Source: Minutocellus sp. GHC0000111 (lineage: Eukaryota). Taken from it: a stretch of 64,000 bases of DNA. The DNA lies in contig OZ361259.1 of assembly GCA_977018835.1 (NCBI GenBank), forward strand, positions 558,001 through 622,000. The letters run 5' to 3'. This document shows positions 1 through 10,154 of this stretch, in pieces. How positions within the stretch are numbered: position 1 is the stretch's first letter; each line of letters opens with the position of its first letter. A model generated the notes under the pieces. The model was not told the origin of the DNA. It did not search any database and saw only the letters and a list, made by a program, of their open reading frames with translations. Position numbers and translations under genes: made by a program.

Positions 1-870
1 CTCTGAATGTGATCATTGAACACTCCGGCAGATATGGAGTTTCGCTGGTTGTTTGTGTCAACTGCATAGCACACATCGCCTTCCTTTGGCAGAGCTACGC
101 CATCCAGAGCAAGGAGGCGGCGGTTAATCTTTTTCCTGTCGTCTTCCGTGTCCATTCCTGAGCGAATTCTTCCGAGAATCTCCCCCCACTCTGGATCATC
201 TTTGAACCTGTGAAGCCCTTCCAGCATGATTACGCAATTTATTACGCCTTGCCAGTAAATGCTGTGCTGCTGGTAGATTGGAGTGCCTGACATGGTTCTC
301 ATTTGATGGAAGTCTCCTGCAAAAACAATTGAAAGTCCTCACAATTGAAAGTCCTCCGTACATTTCGGCCGGGCGGCTACGAAGTCGCCTCAATTTTTTA
401 TCGAGTTTTTCTAAGTCAGCTGTGGAAAAATATGACACTTCATCAATGACCAAAATTCTCACATAGTCCCACTCTCTGCAGTTGGCCTCTTTTATAGTCT
501 TCTTGTTGAGAAATGCAGCGCTGTGAATGGTGACGCCACCCCAAAGTGCGGCAGACGAACCAGTGCACGATGTAAACCAAAACGTAGTTTCATCAAAGGG
601 CAGTGCTGCAGCTGTGCAGAAAAGTGTTTGCAAAACTTTTGCGCTGCATAAAGAGCGCGACTCTTCCCACAGCCGGCGGGACCTGTTAAGAACATGAGAA
701 GCTGGTACGGATTTGTTGAAGATCCAGTTGACCCCACTTCCACTTTTGCTGCTCTGCTGCGGAGTCGTTGGATCAGTTCATCTCTCTTGACTTCTGTGTA
801 CTCTTCTGCATGGTCGACCACACCACAAATTTTGAAACTTCTGCTAAAAGTAAAAGCAATTGCAAATCAT
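1..870 (-). pseudogene. PIF1-family (SF1B) helicase, Helitron-like, frameshifted; runs off the window start
   Basis: Walker A MFLTGPAGCGKS, then TGSSAALWGGVTIHS and Walker B ILVIDEVS. Removing a 16-bp tandem duplication (acaattgaaagtcctc at 325-340 and 341-356) restores GGLSIVFAGDFHQ. Further on is HRFKDDPEWGEILGRIRSG. At least two frameshifts. Confidence 0.8.
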
Positions 871-1006
871 CTGTACTAGCACACCCTACTTGCTATCCTC
901 TCTTGTTTGGCCAACAATATGTCGATACCGAAATAATCTCAACAAATAAGCATCGCTGGTGAGCATAGTCCAGACCTTTAGTAGTAACAGCCTGCTTTCC
1001 TCTTTC

Positions 1007-2042
1007 CTACCGTGTTTCATTACGGTTTCTACGGGAACTATTGGACTCATCTGTAAGAACACCTGGATCAACAACATCATCCATCCAATAATCTTTGGAC
1101 AATTTCAAAAAGGAATACTCATAAAATGGCAAATTTGGAAACTGCACATTGTGTTCCTTGGAATACTTGACATACCCCGCTGCACGAAAGGCATCAAAAA
1201 AATCCTTCATTTGATTTCCTGTTGCAGCATGAACCTCCACCAAAATCTGTTGTAGGATCGGATTGGAATCATCCAACCAGTCAGTGAAGGTTTCATGTTC
1301 ACATCCTTCACAATCAATTTTGAAAATATCAATGCCTGGTGCTCCATCATGGCCCAACTCCTTAAGCGTCTCGGACATTGTTTTGTACACGTGACCGTTC
1401 TTCTCATTGACGCTGGATGTCTTAGATAGTCCCCATTGGTGATAGTGTAAGTTCAGATTGGGATGCATTAGGTGGGAATAATCGTCCATGTCGAAAATGT
1501 GAATCTCGCAGGTATCTCTTCCAAGTGTCATTTGGAGAGAGCTGTTTCAAAAGAAAAATCACCACACGATCCGACACTGTAGATAAGGCATCCGGGTTTA
1601 GAAGGATTGGCCTTCTTTCTCGTTTTGGATTGCGCAATGAGTCGATGAGGGTCACATACCCATTTGGGCCCATCGCCAAGCCCATTCCCACCAACCCGTT
1701 TCCGAAATTGACAACTAAAGTCTGGTTCATAATGTGATTGAAACCATTCCGTCTTGACCTTGGAACTTCCATCTGCTTTCATTGGCTGCTGTCCTCTGGC
1801 ATAGGTTGCATGATCTCCCGGAATCCAGTGATTTTCCCGTGAGGACGAAATAACACGTAACCGATTCCATTGTGATTCCGTAATGTCTTGAAAGAACCCA
1901 AAGGATTGCCCGAGGGATGCTTCTGCACAGAATCAGAGATTCTAATAATTGTATTTGTAATCAAAGATGTAATGAGGAGAAATATTAGGAGATGCTTTGT
2001 AGTTAAAGCATCTGAAGCGAAGCGTCTTTTCGGTGCGACCAT
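1007..2042 (-). pseudogene. Methyltransf_22 / METTL24-like SAM methyltransferase, type II membrane anchor, split over three frames
   Basis: N-terminal hydrophobic helix (LLIFLLITSLI). Motifs GDGPKWVCDP, CLIYSVGS, CEIHIFD, IDIFKIDCEGCE and QILVEVH are spread over ORFs 1779-2042, 1528-1782 and 1007-1531. Confidence 0.8.
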
Positions 2043-2399
2043 TGATTTCGAAGAAATGTTACATTCGAGAGCCAGTGTTCAGGAAAAAAAACGAATACAT
2101 GTAACGTCGCCGATAACCAATGCACGGAGAGTGGAGGGTGAAGTCGCGCGCAAACGCCGCCGCCGCGTGCGATCCGTGCCCTATGACTCGTTCGACTGAC
2201 TAAATTGACTCACTCGACTTAATTCTGACGAGCCTCAACGCGGGCGAAGTTAGCGAAACATCGGAACCCCCTCCTGCAGCCACGCCAGACGATTTGAGCC
2301 AAACCAGCCATCACACACGTTACTGGTATACCAAAGGCGACAGTAGATAGGATAGTTGGCTGTTTATTAGTTCAAGATAGTCATTTTAGACGTTCCTCC

Positions 2400-3720
2400 T
2401 CTGCACCCACCCACTTTTGCCACCGGGGGAAAAGTCACGCACAAAAAGCGATGACGACGCACGAAAATTTGCTCTCATTGGCGGCCGATTCGGGGGCGGA
2501 TGCGAACAAAAACCACAACAATCAACCACACAAACATTTTCATACATATCTTGGGCGTGTGTCTCTGCATTTCTGGGTGGATTGGGCGGCTGTGGCTCTC
2601 ACGGTGTCACTTCTCATCCGCGGCCCTTTTTCGCGCACTCGAACACAGGTTGATTGTTTTGATTTGTGTTTTCTCATGCAACAGCATGCCAATCAAGCTG
2701 AAACTTTCGCATGCGTAGCGCAATGGTATCGGCCAGCCTCGGGAATGCCCACATCTTGCCTTGCAAATGTGTAGCGGCCAGGAGCGGGGGTCACCATGAT
2801 GAGCTTCGTTCGGGAGGAAAAATGGACGGACGTCGGTCTTTCCGTCATCCGACAACGCGAGCGAAGTTAGCAAAATCTCCAATGTCCTGAAGTGCCTCAC
2901 CTAAAATGGGACCAACTCCCCCTCGATGGCTCAGCCTGTGTGCGGAATTTTCGAGCCGGACCTTCGATGTCCCCAACCTTGAATGTGTCTAGAGTGGGGA
3001 CGCAAGCGAGGCAGGCCGGCTCGATCAAGTCTTTTTGCCATGTTTCAGGGGGAAAAGTTGGTCCGGCAGGAAGTTGCGACTTTTCCGTGCTTGGAAACAC
3101 GGACGACGGAAAGACGAATGTCCAGTTTTTGGGTCGAGCGGCTCACCTAAAGCTGGACCAACTCACCATCAAGTTTGTCAAAGAATCAGTTCCAGTGCTC
3201 TGTCACCGCGCCCTTTCCTCCGCCGATCACCATCACTCCTGCATCTTTGGTCATTTGGGGGGCGAGTCGGCATGGGCGGGGCCTCACCGATGATGATCTT
3301 TGTGGACACAACAATGGCCGTGGCAAAAAAAGGGACAAGAGCTGCTGAAATTCCGGAAAAACGAGTGAGTGTTCCTCCTTTTCGCCACGCACCACCGGAC
3401 CAGGTGCACAGTCCACCCACCCAACAGCCACTTCAACACTGTGCCGACCATTTGCACACGGTGGCCGGAACATGGCACACATCCTCAATGCAATCTTCCG
3501 GCCAGAAGTGACAGATTGCCACCTCAGCAGAGGCAAAAAATCGGCCTTCAGGTGGATTTGCTGGAACTCTGTCCACTGTTCCGAAGGACATGTTTGCCCT
3601 GAAATGGAAAGAAATTGACAAAGATGATAATCAAAAGCGATGCAGGCGGCATGGTTACACTTACAATCCGTCAAAACAACGAAGTTGACGACTCTTTTGT
3701 GGTTCATTGTTTTTCGTGAA
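2400..3720. mobile_element. Degenerate TpA-depleted transposon relic with short internal repeats
   Basis: Imperfect inverted pair (ggacgtcggtctttccgtcatcc ~2827 vs ggacgacggaaagacgaatgtcc ~3101) and direct pair (ctcacctaaa..ggaccaactc ~2896 and ~3142). Almost no TA dinucleotides. No convincing intact ORF. Confidence 0.4.
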
Positions 3721-4009
3721 GCCTAGTCTTTCAGCAAAAAGCCTTGCTGCAACAGCACAATCTGTTGCCATGAAACTTTCTCCAGTTCAAAGGAAAAGTC
3801 TTCATTCTACTGTGTAGGTTTGTACCAGAAACCTACTCACATGACTAACAGATACAGCCGTACATGCAAGCACATGTTTTTTGTTAGCAGTTGACGTTTG
3901 TTCAACCTATTTTCCAATCGTTTCACAATGCAAGTGTCATGCCTAGGTGCGTAGATAGTGTTAACAGCACATGCGTGTTTTACAGACTCGCTAGCTAGGC
4001 CTACCTGCG

Positions 4010-4090
4010 CACTCATTTATTTCAGAACCTACCTACGTAGCACAGAAACACTCATTTATTTCAGAACCTACCTACGTAGCACAGAAACAC
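4010..4090 (+). repeat. 39-bp tandem duplication
   Basis: cactcatttatttcagaacctacctacgtagcacagaaa occurs twice, with no spacer. Confidence 0.95.
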
Positions 4091-4225
4091 CAGCATGTCA
4101 TGGCACAGCAGGAACCAGTGCGTAAACACCCCTATTTTGCCCTTGGCTTCCTCTCATCTTCCTTTGCTCCTCTTCTGCTGATTTGTCAGCCCTTTCTGAA
4201 CAGTGCAATTCAACGATCAAGTTTT

Positions 4226-5010
4226 TCAACAAATTTCATTGACGCCAACAAACTCCCTGCTTACCATTCTGTTCAAACAACAAACACCCTCCTCTGCACT
4301 AAGAGGATCCATGTCTTGACAATCTCCATCGCAAAAAGCGACCCTGTACCTGCCTCCACCAAGAGCAGCATCCGCTACAGACCCATCTGCTTCTCTTGCT
4401 CTCTCTGCATACTTTTTCCCAAGCTTATCTCCTGCCTCCTCTTTAACCACATATTCCATGTTGCAAGGGGTCAAACCAAAACAAAAAATGTATCCAACAT
4501 ACAAATACTGCCCTTTTTTGAGCTCTTCGCGATACTTCGTTCCTGCAGCTTCTCCATCAAAAGAGAAACAACCAAATTTACCTATAATAATGTTCCCCTC
4601 AAACCTTCATCATCCCAATTTCTTTTCTCTAGACTTGCACTTTCTATGCTATAATTCTGATCTGTACCATATTCCTCATCATGTGCTTTTACTCCATCTT
4701 CAACGAAACTTGGCGGGATGAACCATGTGTGTCCATCTTCGTCAAACGTTACAGCATATGTCCAGGGAAATGACCCATCTTGATTTCTTAATTCTCCAAC
4801 TCTGCCAACGGATGGTTCCTTTGATTTCCCTTCCTTTTGGAAATAGAAGCACAGCTTACACCCTGTGAAAGCACCCCCATTCAAATCGCCACCACCTTCT
4901 GATGTTCCATCTTCTGTGCGTTTCCTTTTCCTATTCTTTTGGCTGTCCACTATTGTGCCCTTTTCCACATTTTCTTCCACTTCGCTCACTACTTTGGACA
5001 TTTCAATCAA
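4226..5010 (-). pseudogene. Decayed ORF with two possible Tudor-like beta-barrel segments, probably transposon-derived
   Basis: ORFs 4582-5010 (GRVGELRNQDGSFPWTYAVTFDEDG) and 4226-4504 (GRYRVAFCDGD). Acidic/basic linker. Region looks CpG-poor. Confidence 0.3.
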
Positions 5011-6017
5011 ATCTCCTACAATTTCTCCATTTACTTCTTCTCTATGGAATCTCCAAATCTCCTACACCTACTACACTAGTACTAGTACCTTTTCCTACCG
5101 TCGGCACTACGTCGGTTATGTGCCTACTACTGTGGCCTACCTACTACGTAGTACTACCTGTGCTGCTCTACCTACGTGTACGTAAACATTTTTCATATTA
5201 CTAGTGCTTCTGTTATGTTTCTAGTGCATTGCTTCTCTCCTCACCACATAGGGGACCGAGATGCTGCTGCCACCCAATACTTTAATGTTTACACTCTGCC
5301 TAGAAGAAGGCCGAATACTTCAATTTTTAAAGTACTATGTTGTTTAAACTACTACGGTACGTAAAACAACATCGTTACACAACTGTTACCAATTGGCACA
5401 TCACGTGCTCTCTCTGCCTGCACATGCATGCATTTACATTACATTACACCTTCACTTCCCCAAAGACAGACGGGATTTGAAATCACACTTACACTAATGA
5501 AGAAGCCAGGACATGACGTTGCCGACAGAGGGTTGACAAGCACCAAACGAGGGGATTAGCGACGGAGGGGAGGGGCCCTGGGGAGCAGCCGTGCTACAAA
5601 AACACGCGACAATGCATGCACTGTTGAACGGCCGAGTGCGTGCATGTGTTCCTGGCTGGCTGCCAAAGAGCAGAGCTGCTGCTTTCTGGTGCGAAAGAGC
5701 GACCGACGTGGCTGTGCCCAAGAGCTCTCTCGTAGGAACAGGTGCAACGGAAAAAAGAAGATGAAAGACAAGTGCGCCATGTGGAAGACGCTTTTTTCTG
5801 AGAGGGTTAGGGTTCGCCGTCGCGACGCCGCTCAGAGGCCGCCGTCTCGAACAGCTCTGATTGAAAAATACGGTACCGTTCATTGTGCCAGTATTGTGCA
5901 CTGATTTTTTTACACCAACACACACACTCCTTTATCTTCTATCGGATCGGCCTAAAGTATTGTTGCCCTCGGAAAAATGTTCATCAGGGTCGTTTGTTGT
6001 GCCGTGAATAGACCAAA

Positions 6018-7664
6018 ATGGCGGCAGTGGTAACCTTTCCTTCCCCATCCAAATCACAGCAGATCTCACTGATCATATTTCTCAGCACTGGTCTCATTGT
6101 GGTTGCAAATACGATGTTATGCATGATAACACCTCTGGACTCGTCACAATCGTCTAATTTTCGTCGATCTGGCGTCTTCACGCTCTCACCGCATGATCCT
6201 TTTGCTCCTTTTGTGGACATTGAGTTCACCAAATCAACCTTCGATCACAGCAAAACATTGCATTCTTCGGTAAAGTGTGCAAATAGTGTTCAATATGCAG
6301 GCGCTACGGAAGCTGATAGAGCTCACAAAGAAATCATGTCTCGATCATGCAAATATTCCAACCTCTTTTACCGACCAAGTGACAAAACATTCCACTACTT
6401 CCCCGGGCCAAAGGAAAATGACCTGTACACACTTTTGTCCGAGGAAAAGAATGATACAATTTCAGTTGTCAAAGAGTTCAAACAAAAAATGAGTGTTTCG
6501 ATGGATCAATCAATTTCGACTGGATCTTTAGAGAATACAGCTGTCAAATTTCACGCTGCAGCAAAATGGTCACCGATAATTCACTTTGGAGAGAATCCAC
6601 CAGAATCATTGTCGTACAGCATTGCAGCGACAGGCAATAGGCAGGATCTTGTATTTACGATGTACCGAACATTTTATGGTTTCAACTTGGGCCACTTCAT
6701 CTGGGACGAAATGCTGCCTCAATTCAATCTTTTGGACATATTTGATTTAGTGGGCAAGCAGACAAGGCATGTCCCTTTCTTTGTTGAGCTGCCAAGCAGG
6801 ATTGATGAATGGTATCGATGCCACCCAAATTTTCGACCCCGATTTGACGACTGTGTTAAAATGTATCATAAATGGTTTCCACCACTACTAAATGTTTTGA
6901 CAGATCAAGCAACCGGAGACATATTGCGAACAGGAAACTGGTTGCAAGGCAAAGATGCTGTTGGTATGGGGCTTAACAATGTACCCGCTGACAATGCAAC
7001 CACTGAAGAGAAATGGGCAAACACCAAGAAAACAAGAGCTTTTCCCGGGCGCAATTATAACACATTAATGCCCAATACATCTTGGGTTGTACTACCGACT
7101 GCACTGGCGGGCATAGGTCGCTTAAACTATGCTGCGTGCTTTGCTGACTGCACCGCTGGCCGATCGGCGCAACGATATAGATTTCGAAACTTTGTTTTAG
7201 AAAATATTTTAGGAACAAATAGATTCACCGAGATCAATGACAAGACTCCTCAAACATACATTACATTTTCGCTACCAGGTGGCTCTAGCCGCCCGGGCGA
7301 AGTCAGTTTCTTTGAAAATTTTATCTTTGCAGCGAGAGAAAGATATGGGGCAAATCGAATAAGAGTGGAAGACATGGCGAATTTGTCCTTCAAAGAGCAG
7401 GCAGAGTTGACAATGGACACAGCAGTGTATGTCAGCAACCATGGCGGGGGCAGTTCCTCGAGTATATTTCTTCCTAAAGGGTCCAGCGTTCTTTTATACC
7501 ACACACCGAATTTGAAAAGAGACCGCATATATTACGAGACTTTGTCTTACCTGCAGACAGTGTGGGTGCCTCTAGAGGATCGCAATAACACTATGAAATT
7601 GATGGGAGTGGTCGAGGCAGCACTTGAGACAACATCAGGTTTTTATCCAGACTTTTCAATGTAG
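6018..7664 (+). CDS. Glycosyltransferase family 61 (DUF563)-like protein, 548 aa
   Basis: Intact ORF with an N-terminal TM helix, NLGHFIWDE, and the C-terminal DMANLSFKEQAELTMDTAVYVSNHGGG..IFLPKGSSV typical of GT61. Confidence 0.8.
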   Translation: MAAVVTFPSPSKSQQISLIIFLSTGLIVVANTMLCMITPLDSSQSSNFRRSGVFTLSPHDPFAPFVDIEFTKSTFDHSKTLHSSVKCANSVQYAGATEADRAHKEIMSRSCKYSNLFYRPSDKTFHYFPGPKENDLYTLLSEEKNDTISVVKEFKQKMSVSMDQSISTGSLENTAVKFHAAAKWSPIIHFGENPPESLSYSIAATGNRQDLVFTMYRTFYGFNLGHFIWDEMLPQFNLLDIFDLVGKQTRHVPFFVELPSRIDEWYRCHPNFRPRFDDCVKMYHKWFPPLLNVLTDQATGDILRTGNWLQGKDAVGMGLNNVPADNATTEEKWANTKKTRAFPGRNYNTLMPNTSWVVLPTALAGIGRLNYAACFADCTAGRSAQRYRFRNFVLENILGTNRFTEINDKTPQTYITFSLPGGSSRPGEVSFFENFIFAARERYGANRIRVEDMANLSFKEQAELTMDTAVYVSNHGGGSSSSIFLPKGSSVLLYHTPNLKRDRIYYETLSYLQTVWVPLEDRNNTMKLMGVVEAALETTSGFYPDFSM

Positions 7665-8099
7665 ACTAGGCAAGAAATTGGGTGATGTATTTAGACATGC
7701 TGCACTAAATAAAGGACAAGAGCCAACACAGCACCAGGTGTATTTGATATTCATAGGGAGAAGATAAATGGAAGTTGCTGGGAGGGCCAGGGCATCGTCC
7801 AATAAAGTTCAAACATTCAACAGAATATAGTGCACCATGGCCGACAATATAAAATAGAATTGAATTGATATTGTAAATGTTTATTTTGTATTCAGCTGTG
7901 GCTGTTCTCCAGCCAAATGTCAGGCTGATTTGATACAAATCCAATGTCAAGTACCACCACAATGTGACGCCGGTAATCTTGGCACATGCAGCAGACACAA
8001 TCCATGCTAGGATTGGAAGCATGGGCGTCACTAATCCAACTACCGCATCGCTCAATCCTATAACACATGCCAACAGCCCTCCGAAAATATCAGGGCTCC

Positions 8100-8270
8100 A
8101 AACTAGAGCACATCAACAACGAACCTGAGTACGTGCGACACACGATCGGCAACATTTACTATTCCAGATGATGAATTAAACGATCTTGCTCACGCCATCG
8201 CCGAGGGCTTTGCAATCCTGGTCAGCGACGGGGCAGTGGCGAAGAAGCGGGCAGAGCACATGCGTGGGTC
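8100..8270 (+). mobile_element. Fragment resembling the RNase H region of a non-LTR retrotransposon
   Basis: Broken translation NEPEYVRHTIGNI..IPDDELNDLAHAIAEGFAILVSDGAV..AHAW. The VSDG...AW pattern resembles the first RNase H motif. Confidence 0.4.
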
Positions 8271-8271
8271 G

Positions 8272-8523
8272 AAAGGATTGTCTTGCACTTTCAAATAATT
8301 TGCTCGAAGCTGATTGGGGTTAATAAGAGAATGTTCTAATGAAGATCCAAACCAAAGAAATAGTTCTCACACAGTAAATACTCTTTTCCAGAATTTGGAT
8401 CAGTCCAAACAGCACATGCAGTGACAATTGGGACTTCCTTGATGCTGTCATACTTGTCAGTAAATGGTTGTACCTCACGAACCACATCGGAATATGTTAG
8501 TACAACCCAATTTTTACCGGCAA
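8272..8523 (-). mobile_element. ~250-bp diverged duplicate of the Copia protease region at 13292-13543
   Basis: Direct repeat at offset 5020 encoding AGKNW.VLTYSDVV.EVQPFTDKYDSIKEVPIVTAC.VWTD. Confidence 0.92.
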
Positions 8524-8799
8524 GACAGGACCAGGGTGACTCTTTGGGACAAAAGTGCACACAACGAATCTCTCTTATTGCACTTGCGTTTGTGTAAAAA
8601 TAATTCCTAATCAAACAACAAAACAATGCAAACACAATTAAATTCAACGCAGAGGTGCCACTCGTTCCCTAATGTCAACAACACTGGAATGCAATCCAAT
8701 CCAATCGACATAAAACTAAACTTTTCTTTCTTTTCTCTTTCTTTTGCTGTGGGTTCTGAAAAAACGAGTGAAATCCGGCGATAGCGGAATTCAGCGTTC

Positions 8800-9865
8800 C
8801 ATCCATCGTTGTTTTGTGTTGTCGGCACTCGCGTCTACGGAATGTTCGAAAGAGCGGCAAGTCATGGTCGTCAACTAGGTGCTCCTTGTGTTTGAAGTGC
8901 CGGCGGATTTTCTTGTTGCATGCATCGTAGTTTGTGCTTTCGGGCATGTTTTGAGAGAGATGGGAATGAATGATTGTTGTTGTTGTTGTCTTCGTTGTCG
9001 CCGCCGTTGCCGTCATTGTCATTGTCATCGTCGTCATCGTAATCTTGAAAGGAAGCAAGCAAAGTGCCGCGAATGAAGTCGATTGCCGAACATGCAACCG
9101 GACGACAAGCTGTGCTCACTGTGCGTAAAAATCTAGCTGGCATGCCTGAGACTCTCATCTTGTTGTCCTTTCTGTTTGCAGCTCGTGCAATGTCCTCGGG
9201 TGTTAGTTTGGAAAATGCATTGGCGAGAGACCTGCCACGAAGTGGTGTTTTACATTTGATAAATCCGCGCAGTGAGCACAGCTCACAGCTTGTCGTCCGG
9301 TTGCATGTTCGGCAATCGACTTCATTCGCGGCACTTTACTTGCTTCCTTTCAAGATTACGATGACGATGATGACAATGACAATGAAGGCAACGGCGGCGA
9401 CAACGAAGACAACAACAACAACAATCACTCATTCCCATCTCTCTCAAAACATGCCCGAAAGCACAAACTGGACCCAAAACAAATCGCCGCGCACGAAAGC
9501 ACATGCAGCACGTGCACATGTTACAAGTCTTACGAAATGCAGCATCGCATGAAGCAGCAACGAGAGACACATCTGCTACCAACAACATCAAGAATTGGAC
9601 ATGTCTGGTTCTTTCCCGCGTCAGAGCGCTCACCGGTCTTTTCGTCCTCGAGAAGCTAGACGAAGACCAAGACTGTTCGGTCGACCCAAAACTGTGGCGC
9701 ATGCTATCCTCCACCACGAAGATGGCAGTGTCAAACATGATGCATGCAACAAGAAAATCCAGCGGCACTTCAAACGCAAGGAGCACCTAGTTGACGACCA
9801 TGACTTGCCGCTCTTTCGAACACTCCGCAGACGCGAGTGCCGACAACACAAAACAACAATGGATA
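8800..9865. repeat. Imperfect fold-back (inverted repeat) of about 1.07 kb
   Basis: About 8928-9125 is the reverse complement of about 9266-9469, and about 8800-8927 of about 9739-9865. The spacer is about 140 bp. The right arm has an extra ~270 bp. Confidence 0.9.
9575..9700 (+). pseudogene. C-terminal PIF1/Helitron helicase fragment (motif VI)
   Basis: NNIKNWTCLVLSRVRALTGLFVLEKLD matches the Y(V)xLSRV..L.GL motif, with Tyr changed to Cys. Confidence 0.65.
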
Positions 9866-10154
9866 GAACAAGTAGAAATCGCGATCGGATCGCGACACGG
9901 CAAAGTGGGAGGTGCCGTTTGATCCCCTTCCTCTCTACCATTTGCGCCCAAATCGCGTGGATGGACGCTTCTCATGCGCACTTGTTCGTCGCGCGTGTCG
10001 TGGGAAAGACACAGTGCCAAGCGCGTGATTGTGTTGATTGGACTTGATGCAGCGCATAATTGTTGGCCATCGTGGCCTCCCCGGCGTTGGTTGTGAACGT
10101 CAAGGTTTCCTCCAAGTGCAACAGAGTGAAATCCGACAATGGCGGAATTCACCT

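Noticed and set aside
4010..4090. 39-bp repeat pair as a possible CRISPR array
   Set aside because: Only two adjacent copies, no spacer, no cas genes, and a eukaryotic context.
5803..5814. AGGGTTAGGGTT as a second interstitial telomere
   Set aside because: Only two units and no demonstrable breakpoint, so it could be chance.
8675..10152. Many short Thr/Cys/His-rich ORFs in the fold-back
   Set aside because: Products of trinucleotide low complexity and missing TAA/TAG stops. Only the helicase motif is credible.
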